From: Geosiphon pyriformis uo1
Lineage: Eukaryota; Fungi; Glomeromycota
Assembly: GCA_016748015.1 (NCBI GenBank)
Contig: JAAOMT010000661.1
Coordinates: 126,411-190,410, forward strand
Length of the DNA stretch: 64,000 nucleotides
Direction of reading: 5' to 3'
This document shows, in pieces, positions 10,891 through 21,600 of the stretch (position 1 is the first letter of the stretch; the number at the start of each line of letters is the position of its first letter). The notes beneath the pieces are model-generated. The model saw nothing but the letters and a program-made list of their open reading frames with translations, did not search any database and was not told where the DNA came from. The position numbers were made by a program, and so were the translations under genes.

Positions 10891-12721
10891 ATGTCAACCC
10901 AAACCATTAATGGCACTTTTCAGTTTTCGTATCCACCTATTCTCATAGTTGGCCAAACGGGCAAGTAGGAAGTGATACATTGCATATGAAGAAATTTTAG
11001 GAAATTAACACCTTTTAATTAAGGCGTTGGAAAAAGTACTTTGGGAAACTTACTTCTTGGCCTTGACCCAAGTAATGGATATTTTTTAACGGGTGATTCT
11101 GGGGTATGGAAAATGTATGTGCATTTCGATAATCTTCGCGGCTTAATCAGCTTTCAAGCTTCCATTTTAACAGGATTCAGTAACCACAGCTTGTCAAACT
11201 GCCTGCCTGAAAATTGATGAACAAAATTTTACGCTAATCGATACCCCAGGTCTCTTTGAAATCGGAATGAGCAACGCCGAAAATTGGCGGAAAATTACGA
11301 ATAGCCTCAATCATTGTGCCTATGGAGTAAAGGCAATTCTTTTTGTCATGCGTATGTCTCCTAATAGCAAGTTTTTCCTTTTATATGAAATAGAGAAAAA
11401 AAATTCGATTTTTTAAATATCCTTGAAAACAGGTGCAGGAAGATATTCCATTATCCAAGATTTCATTATTGAGGGAATTATTAATAATTTTGGGCTTTAT
11501 TGTTTGGATCATGTAATCATTGTCTTCTCCAATTGCACTCGACTTCAAACCGAGGACCGGCAGAAATTTTTCGCGGGACTCAATGAACGTCAAAAACGTT
11601 TAATCAAAAAAGTTGATAACCGATATTCAATTTTCCCAAATCCTGATATTTACTGGCCAGACAAATACGAGATCATTGAAGAAAATATCAGGATCCTTAA
11701 AAATTTTATTTTAGCCATTCGAGGTCATTATAATCATAGAATTTCCCGGATAATTCGACAAGCGTGTACTACCCAAAATGAAACGCAAACTATCGAGGTT
11801 CAACAGGCAATTTATACATATGAAGACAACTTAAAAATTATGACACCTGATGAAGCATGGTCTCATTTACAGAATGATATGAAGCGAATCTTTCAAAATT
11901 CTACAAAAGAGAATTTTCCGGAAAGTCCAGATGGCAACGATAATTCAAAAGCTATTCCCGAGGTCTTTCTCCCGGACAGCGACAAATCTGGCTGTTTTTC
12001 CCTTTCGACACAAGTCATTCTTGAGAATGGGAAAGCCATAAATATGGAAAAGCTTAGAGTTGGAGATAAAATTTTATCTCAAAGTATGGATGGAAAATTG
12101 GAGTTTTCTGAGGTCTATGTCATCCCTCACGCCGATTATGATACTCCAACTGAATTTTTGGAAATTAAATTTCTTCTGCCGCAATTGAAGGGCAAGTTTC
12201 ACGAAACTATATAATGATTTAAAAAAGGAACTTTTCAGATACTAAATTTTGATTTTTCCACAGGTATACGGCGACTTCTGGTAACTTCTGACCATCATAT
12301 TTTGGTTGATGGTGATAAGTTTCGATATGCGAACGAAATCAATCCAATGAAAACAACTCTTTTGGCTTTAATGGATGATGAATTGGACCGAGTTCGAGTG
12401 CTCAGCCTTAAAAAGGTTAAAAAGCCTTTTTTAGTCATGTTTTATTTTCAAATTAACTTATTTGAATATATTTAGGTTATCCGTAATGGCTATATTTCCG
12501 TTTTTACTCGTTGTGGTACTATAATTGCTGATGGAATCGTGTGCTCTTGCTACAGTTACTGCTATCCGTATCAAAACATGATTCATCTTTTAATCGAACC
12601 TCTTCGATTATATTCAAAGCTCTTTAATTTGAGTGCTTCAAAGGGCTCTCCCCATATCTATCTCAAGGGGCTAAAACTAATTTATGACGGATCAGTAAAA
12701 TTCTTGAAAACAATTAGTTGA
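10891..12721 (+). CDS. GIN1: GIN1-like AIG1/GIMAP GTPase fused to Hedgehog-type Hog (Hint + SRR-like) autoprocessing domain; 6 exons
   Basis: Exons 10891-10960, 11024-11103, 11174-11351, 11433-12191, 12264-12415 and 12476-12721 splice in frame. They give G1 GQTGVGKST, G2 SVT, G3 LIDTPG, VKAILFVM and VIIVFS, then SG|CFS, LRVGDKI, VTSDHHI and GTIIADGIVCSCY. This architecture matches Glomus mosseae GIN1; orthology is not established. Confidence 0.9.
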
Positions 12722-13093
12722 GCTAGTATATCAACTTCCAAAAGTTGAAATTGAAGGCGTAACGCTTTTAGCCTTGAGATTTTTATTACCGAATACGGGT
12801 TTAAGCTAAATTTTCGCATTTTTCAATGCTCCGATGAAGGAGAGTTTCTATTAACCTAATATGCACTTTTCACCGAGTTGACCCTCTATATTAGCTTGTT
12901 ATTTCAATTTGTAATAATATACAGTCAAACCTGAGATAACCCATACGCTTGGTGGATACAAATTGCTATGGGTTATTAAAGGTTATGGGTTTTCTCAGGT
13001 TTAAGTATATATAGTATACATATAATAAAAATAAATATAATATTATTAAAAAATAAATTTATTTGCATATTCTTATAAGAATCTTTAATTAGA

Positions 13094-14809
13094 TTATGCA
13101 ATATTAAAGAAACTTGTAAGATTTGTTTGTTTTTGTACATCTTGCATTCTCTTATGAAGTATACGTTTAACATGAGCAAGCTTACTAACTGCATCATAAA
13201 ATTCCATGCTATTTTCAAGCTCCATAAACTGTTCAAGATTTGTAATAGCAGTTAGTGCATCCTTAATACTCATTACTTTCTGTACTTCTTGTTCTTCATC
13301 AGAGCTATCATGCTTTGTTTCACGATTTGTTATAATATAATTTGCAATCTCATCATCATCCAGATGTTCCAAAGTAATTGTATCATTTTCTTCAGATAGA
13401 TTTACCAACCCTTCAATTGATAAGTATGTACGATTTGGCTGTATGCAATTGAACTCTTTGTAGCAATCCTTAATTTTTTCTAATACTATCTCTTGATTAT
13501 AATTAGCTATTATTTCCAAGTTTGTAGCTTCATTCTGAAAGTTGTCATTTGTATTGATTGGAAGAATGCCAACTTTGTGCCAGCAATAAGCGATTGTTTG
13601 ATTTGAAACATTCTCCCATGCCCTATAAATTAGACGCATTGCTTGAAGTTGGTTAATTGCATAAATATCATCTGCACCATCATCAAAAAGATCTAATACA
13701 TGGCGAAGAAAATAGCGACAGTAATGTGCCTTAAAACAATGAATAATTCCAGCATCCATAGGCTGAATATGTGCTGTTAAGTTAGGTGCAAACCGTTCTA
13801 CATGAATATTTGTAATAGATCTCATATCATAGTTGTGACCAGCAAAATTGTCTACTAACAACAATATTTTTCGGTTTTTTTTATGCAGCTGATAGTCCCA
13901 ATCAACAAGCCATTGTCAAAAAATATCACCAGTCATCCAAGCACGAGTGTTTGAATAATATTGGAAACCAAGTTGCTCTCCTGTTTTTTTTTGAAAACAG
14001 TGTGGACGTTTAGCATGACCAATAATAAGTGGTGGCAAATGCTCGGTTCCATTAGCATTGGTTGTAAAGGCAAGTGTCAGTCGCACTTTTGATTGTTTGG
14101 TGCTATGACGTGGTATTGTAGCAAGACCTTGATTTGGTGATATGGCATAAAATAGTGCAGTTTCATCCATGTTGAAAATATCGTATAACTTCCAATCAGC
14201 AAGAAGTGTTATTACACGCACTCACTCATCTTCAATATGCTCAACATTGGCTGATGATCCATCACCATGAAAGCGAAGTGAACGCAATCCAACATGGTCT
14301 TTAAAGCTCTCAAGCCAGCCATTGGATAGTTTTTGGCACTCATTTTCTGGAATATCCAATTGATCATAGAACTTTATGCCAGCAGCTCGAATTACATCTC
14401 CAGTAAGTGTCATTCCACGCGATTCTGCCTCTTGAACAAAAATAACAAGTGCTTTATCAAAGTCAGGATTACATACTGTGCGTATACACTTGCTAGTCAA
14501 GTCATGCATTGTATTTGCTCGTGCATGAAGATTTGGTTCATCTTTGACCCAAGCCGAAACTAGAGGCTGTTTCATGTATAGAAAACCGTTTTCCTTAAAG
14601 TGCCTTGCAGTTTTTGATTGGTTTTTATCATTTGCATAATACCAATCAAGCACCATAAGCTTATCATGAAGTGTAGCATTCTCACGACTTTGCAGAACGC
14701 AAGCTGAAGAGATAGCATGCTTTTTGCTATTAGGCATGGTGGAATCAAAAGGCAAAGGAAAAGTACGATTAGGATGAGGCTGATCCAAAAATCCGACTTG
14801 ATTACTCAC
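13094..14809 (-). pseudogene. pogo transposase (CENP-B-type HTH + DD31D) with two premature TGA stops
   Basis: Three ORFs in one frame, broken only by TGA at 14222-24 and 13916-18. Motifs SNGWLESFK, FNMDETALF, LLVDNFAGH and IQPMDAGII. Confidence 0.92.
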
Positions 14810-15045
14810 ACAATTGATAATAATTTAAAACTTGGAACAATTCGAAACTCTGATTTGATTACTCACACAATCAATAATAATTTAGAACTTGGGACAATTC
14901 GGAACTCCGACTTGATTACTCACAAGGTTTGTAATAATTTAAAACTTGGGACAATTCGAAACTCCAACTTGATTACTCATACAATCGATAATAATTTAGA
15001 ACTTGGGACAATTCGAAACTCCGACTTGATTACTTACACGATTAA
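14792..15045. repeat. 57-bp tandem minisatellite, ~4.5 copies, within pogo element
   Basis: Unit TCCGACTTGATTACTCACACAATTGATAATAATTTAAAACTTGGAACAATTCGAAAC repeated with variants. Confidence 0.92.
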
Positions 15046-15693
15046 TGATCATTCTGTTGAATAAGTGATGTTACATTATCATATAGCATTTTTAGTCATG
15101 GAAATATTGGTTTGCTTTACTGCAATTTTACCAGAATTAGCAGAATTTAAACTAAATCTAGCACCTGAGATAACCCATACTGACAGTAAAAAGTTATGGG
15201 TTATAAACATAAGAATTCTTTAACTACCAAATTGGTAGATTCAAAATGCTATCACAGGTTATGGGTTATCTCAGTATGGGTTATTTCAGGTTTGACTGTA
15301 TTAACAAAAAATAACTTTTGTTTATTAAAATAATTAACATGCTAAAATTTTTTGTTAATTAAACCTTAAATTGTTTAAAAAGTTTCATGTTGTATAAAAT
15401 TTATTTAAAATATTTAAAATATTAAAATTTTGTTAATTTGATTATTAATTCAATTATTGTTTTTTAGGAAAAATAAATAGTATTTTATTACAACCAACTG
15501 TTATCTCATTAAAAAAAATTATTTAAAATTTAATATATACATATTAACACAAATTATTCTTTAGCTTAATTTTTTATATACTTAATCAAATTAACAAAAA
15601 TTATTAACTTGATTAATTAATTTTTTAATTATACAATTAATATTTTTCAAGACTGCTATTTTATTTCTAATTTTTTATTTTGAAAAATAATTA

Positions 15694-17829
15694 TCATATG
15701 GTGTAAGACATTTGAAGTCATTAAAAAATTGTACTTAATTTCTAGTCTTCCAAAATTTTAAATAATTTAAATTGCATCTGATAAAATGATAAATTCGGTT
15801 AACTCGATTTCAGAAAGATCAGCAAGCATTCTGACCAATTAAGTCACAGTAACACATGATCAATTCTTCGAAAATTCGGTTTGAAAAAATCTCACAATGT
15901 TCTGGATATAAAAATATTAAGGAATAATAAAGAGAAAGATTAGGGATAATGAAAAGGGAAATAGTTAAAAGAAAAATGACGAGAAAGGAAATAGTGAAAA
16001 AAATATTGGAAAAATGGAAAGAAAGATAATTGGAAGAATGAAAAGAAGGAATATTGAAGCAATAATAAGGAAACATATTGGAAAAGTGGCAAGAAAAGAG
16101 ATTGGAGCAATAATAATAATAATAGTTGAAATAATAAAATTAATTTAGAAAAGAAAACTAAAATTTAAAAACTAATAGCAACTAAATTGGATTTAGCATA
16201 GAATAAAAATTCAACATTTGAATAAGAAAAATGTGGTTTTTATTTTACAGACAAAACCAAAAAATTAACTATTATGAAAAATATTATTGAAACAGATTTT
16301 GGACAAAAGCTGCCAATAATACTGCCAAGATTACACAATATTTTGTTGTAAGGAATATTGAATCTTTTTTACATGAATCTAATACTTATTTTAGTGTCAA
16401 CCAAAATAAACAAAAATTCAACTATTATCCAATAAATTTAGAATCAATGCAAAAAAATATTAACAAAAAATAACCAAATTTTTAAATATTTTTAGCAATT
16501 AGATGAATATAGTTATGACAGAATGAATATTAGTTTAAAAGTTGCAACAATAGTATTTATTAATGATAGAATTTGGCATACACAACAAATTAGATATTTA
16601 GCAAATTATTAGATAGTTAATAATATATTGCCAATATTACATTAAGAAAAAACAAAAAACAAATAAATTAACTAATGATAAAGATGTGGCTTTACATTGC
16701 AAAAAATGGTTAAAAACACAAAATTTTACTGTTACTTTAGCAAAATTCAAAAAATACAATAATTAATAAATATAAAAGTTGCAAAAAAAATTGATTACAA
16801 TTAGAACTGTTTTATATTGGCTTAATATATTGGGTTATAAATTTCAATAACACTATTAAAGAATTTTTATAATGGCTATAAAAGAAACATATATTAGTAA
16901 TACATGATAAATGTATATTTTATTCTAATAATAACCAAAAAGAAAAATAAAGAATTGTCATTATACAAAAAAGAAAAGAAAAAATTAATTATGGTTAATA
17001 AATTTCTTACAGAGGTAAAAAAATATTAAACTGCTGAATATTTAATAAACAATTAGAAAAAAAAGCAATTACAATTTTTAAAGTATTTTATCCAAATTAT
17101 ATAGGCATTTTGCTTTTGATAACAGTTCAAATCATGCAGCATACCAAAAAAATGCTCTAATACAACAGTAAACCTGGTAGAAAACAACCAAAAATTCATG
17201 ATACATATTTTAGACCAAATAATTAATGATATTTCTATCAAATTATTCTAATAAAAATTTAAGAAAAAAACCTAAAGGATGCATCAAATTTTATTAGAAA
17301 AACTTTTGGTCAAATACAAAAAATACAAAAAAAATTACAATCACAATTATACTTTTTGTTGTGTATGCTGAGTGATTTCTTTGGAACCAGATTTCTTAGC
17401 ACAAAAAAGTGCAATTACAGAAGTAATTGAAAAAACAAAACATAATGTATTTTTATCCTAAATTTAATTGTGAACTGAATTTTATTGAGATATTGAAAAA
17501 CAGCCAAATGTCATGTCAAAGAAAACTGTGATTATTTATGAACAGAATTACAACAAATTGTACCTTAAAGTTTCGAATCTATGTATTTAATTACAATTCG
17601 AAGATTTACTAGAAAAACTTGGTATTATATAAATCTTTATAGAAAAAGAATTTGTGGTTGAATAAATATAGAATTTTATTTTAATTAATAAAATCGTTTT
17701 TATATAACTGAATTAAATAATAATATACAATTATCATTTTATCAGATCCCAATTTAAATTATTTAAAATTTTGGAAGATTAGATACATTTAGAATTTCTT
17801 GATGACTTCAAATGTCTTGCACCATATGA
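15694..17829 (+). mobile_element. Heavily degenerate DNA transposon with ~100-bp TIRs (DDE, PKFHCELN-type transposase relic)
   Basis: 15694-15792 (TCATATGGTGTAAGACATTTGAAGTCAT...CTGATAAAATGATAA) is an imperfect inverted copy of 17731-17829. The internal relic reads LEPDFLAQKSAITEVIE...FYPKFNCELNFIE (17380-17490). Confidence 0.8.
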
Positions 17830-18625
17830 GTTACAATTATGCAGAAATTAACTTTATAAATAATTAAGTAGCTACTTTTATTATAAGTTTTTGGTTGTAG
17901 TATGAAATTCTTAACATTTAAAAAACAATATCTTTAACAATTTTTTACTTTCTTTGACTTGACAAAATTTTCATTTTTTAACCAAAAATAGAGCATTGTA
18001 TTTTTGATTTTGTATGCAATAAATGAAATAATTATTTTAGTAATTGGGTTAAGTTGTTCAATCATAATAAAATTATCAAAATAATTATTTTCTTATTTTG
18101 GATTAAAGGTCAATAGAATAAATAATGACAAATTCTAAATATTTAGATTTATTTTGTTAATCTGAAGGTTATTACTTCTCTAGTTTACCCATCTTCAGCT
18201 TAACGGGAGCCATCATGTACTTGAGCACCTTCTGACTTAGAATTTTGTCCGAAATATCGTTTCTGCTGTCAGTTGTTGGAATCATTTTTTAGTTATTAAC
18301 CTAAAATACCTTTAAGTAAGAGTAATATCTTTATTGATTGTAAAAATTCGCAAACATTGATATAAACGAAAATAAATTATATTCTTAAAATTTTTCATAG
18401 AAATTATTGCAAATTTAATTTATCATCCGAATTGATCATAAAACATAATCTTGAGAGCTTTAAAGAAATTGTAAAATTTAAGGGGCTTTATAATCTAAAA
18501 ATTTACGCTATTAATTTAAAAACTTTGTGGTTGAAAGTCTTGTACGCGTAGGCGCAAATAATTAAGGGTGTATCGTGACATATCATATATATTAGAATTT
18601 AAAAACTTTGCATGATTTTGGATAA

Positions 18626-21600
18626 TCAAGTGGTTTGATTATCTCCAAGCCATTGCAACAGCTTTTCTTTGAGCTGTAAAAGTTTAAGCGGTTTCGTTAA
18701 ATAATCATTCATTCCACTCTCCAGGCATTTATCCCGAGTGCCTTGAACTGCGGAAGCAGTCAATGCGATGATGGGTATTTCAGATTTAGGTGGCCCCAAA
18801 GCACGAATTGCCTTCGACGCATCGAAACCGGACATAACTGGCTATAATATACATTTAAAATGCTCATTAGAAAATTGCAAAGTTGGGAGGGTTGGAATAA
18901 AAAAAGTAGCAATTACCATTGCACAATCCATTAGAATCAACGAAACTCTATCGGATCCAATGGAAGAGTCAAGATCGCCTTGCATAAGGTTTACGGCCTC
19001 TTGGCCGTTAGTAGCCGATAAACATTGGTACCCAAGTTTAGAAAGCTGATGTTGAATAACCTAGATAAATAAAAAAACAAAATATGAACATTATCAAACA
19101 TATGATGGATGAAAGTTCTTGTGACATAAATATTTTTTATAAAATAGGAACTTGGAGCACTGACCTTCAAATTAATAGGGTTATCTTCCTGCATGTCAAA
19201 TTTGAGTTAAATAGTGAATTTTAAGATTCTTGGTCAAAAATAATTAAAGGACAAAATACGTACAACACATAATATACATCTTGATTGTGAGACAGCACGA
19301 GTTCGAGATTTATGATGTGTTTCAGGCTGGTCCGAGTCTTGAGCCTCACAAGAAGCCGACCTCTTACTTGGTGGCCTCTGGGATACATCCTTCAATGCTT
19401 TTGTTGGAGATTGTTGATCAGATGAGGCATTAGTTGATGAGGTGAGAAGTGTCTCACGAATCATATCCACGTCAATTTCAGAATTATTTTTCGCCTCCTT
19501 TAGCTCGGTAGTCGTATTTTTGGTCATCGTAGATTCTTGACTACTGCTTGAAGGAGTTGGTCGGTTGTGTTGTTCATAATCGTCAATTCGGAATCGATTA
19601 ATAGAAAATCCGACGTTTGACTTGAGTTCAGCCACCTCAGTGGAATTGAATATTTCATTATTATGCAAACACTCCAACAATCTTCTCTGCATGATAGGTT
19701 TGCAAATTGCAGCCGCATTTCCTCCAATCTTTCGGATTAGTTCTTTACCAAGAGCACGACCACACACGGACCAAAATACTAATAATCCAATTGTCAGATT
19801 ATTCTTTCCACAAATAGAAATGAATTCTTTGGCAGATTCCAAAACTTGCTCGGCATTCTTTTCAGTCACATTAAAAAAAACCATATCACATGGCGATTTA
19901 TGGTATTGCTGATGCCAAGCTTTTGCTGCCATAATTGCTTTGGAACAATCACTAAATGCCTCTACTTTTTGAACGCTAGGGCTTAACATTGCCGACATAG
20001 CAGATCGAGCAGTTTCAACTGGGTCTATTATGATTACACGTTTCGATTTAACTATGGCAGGTACAGCAAATAATGCTTCACCAGTTGCTAATTGAGAAGG
20101 TGATGTCAATGGAGTGGCCGAAAGGGTGAGGGGTTCTACGTTCCAGGTGAACCAGAATCGACTGCCTTTTCCTAATTCACTCTGTACCCCTAAATCACCT
20201 CCATTAATTGACACTAAATGTTTACAAATTGAGAGACCTAAGCCAGTTCCATCCTGTCGCCTAGTCATTGAAGGGTCACCTTGTGAAAAACTTTCCCAGA
20301 TATCTTTCATGAAAGCTGGATCAATTCTAATAAAGAATTGAAAATAAAATTATGTTTCAAATATTTCATAATTGATAGGTTTGAACTAAATCCCAGTGTC
20401 CTACCCAATTCCAGTGTCAGTCAATTCGACAAGAAGAGTGCCAGTTTTGACGATATTTGGTTCTGTATCAGCTCCTGTTTCTTTAACTTGTACATCGGAT
20501 GAAGCTAAAGAAATTTTAAGCACGATTTCACCAGACTCGGTGAATTTCACACTGTCAAATGAGAAGTTATTTTAACAATTTCGATATGTAAAATAAAAAC
20601 TATTGGCTGGGTTTGAGAATACTTACGAATTCGATAATAGATTCATGAGAATTTGTTGTAATCTATAGGTTTGTTTTCGTAATGGTCAGCATTTAGGACT
20701 CAACTTCTCAAACTTAAATATCAAAAGAAAAAATTTAGATGGCAAGACTTCGTACCTTTCAGGATCAGACTTTACATATTTTGGCAGTTCAGTTGGTGCA
20801 AAAAGCAACACCAGTTCAATTTGCTTGGTGCCAGCCCGTTCGCCGAAAATTTCAATAGTTTTTTCCACGAGATCAAATAAATCAAAGGTTCGATTCATCA
20901 GCGTGATTTTTTGTGCTTCAAGTTTCGCGGCGTCCAAAATATCGTTTACAACGGAAAGAACCACATCAGAAGCACGTGTCATTATTTCAACCATATCCCT
21001 TTGATCCGAGGAAAGAGGGGTATCTTCAAAAGCTGATAGTACACCAATTATTGCTCCTAAGGGTGTACGTAATTCTGATTTGAAGTTGAGAATTATGAGT
21101 AAATGCTTTCGATGTTAAAGGTTTGCTTGAAAATTGAAACGCAAGACTTCAAAGATACCATGGGAGGTATTGGCCAGAATTTGGCTTTTAGCCTCATTTG
21201 CCGCCTTGGCCGCTTCCATTTGCGCTTCACGTTTTAGTTTTTCTTCGGAAAGTTTGGAATGGGTGATAGCTAAGCTGATTTGATTGGAAATCTGTTGCAA
21301 AAAAATCTTTTCTGCGTTGGACCAATTCTCATTGGGCTTTCGATGAGCAACAATCCAGCCCCAGAAAGAAGAATTCAGGCGAATAGCAACTGACATTGAA
21401 GATACATGCTGATTAAGAATTTGGGAAAAATAATTTTTGTGACTTTCGATTTCCAAATCAAGAATATCATTATCGGTGTCTCCTATGTTTAAAAATGAGG
21501 GTAACTCATTGTTTACAGGTGCTGTTTGTTCCTGTAAGGCTCCGGTGAAAGATGCTAAAAATGATGAAAGCGGATAAGCTGGTGAATTGACATCAGATGA

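Larger units (their letters stand above)
12922..15298 (-). mobile_element. Full-length pogo/Tigger-type (Tc1/mariner superfamily) DNA transposon
   Basis: 25-bp TIRs CAGTCAAACCTGAGATAACCCATAC (12922-12946 / 15274-15298, one mismatch), flanked by a TA target duplication (12920-21, 15299-300). Confidence 0.95.

Noticed and set aside
11993-12721. Hint domain as a true intein
   Set aside because: No terminal His-Asn followed by a C-extein and no endonuclease; it ends in the Hedgehog-type SCY plus an SRR-like tail.
14717-15064. 115-aa ORF with 19-aa repeats
   Set aside because: By-product of the 57-bp minisatellite inside the transposon, antisense to the transposase.
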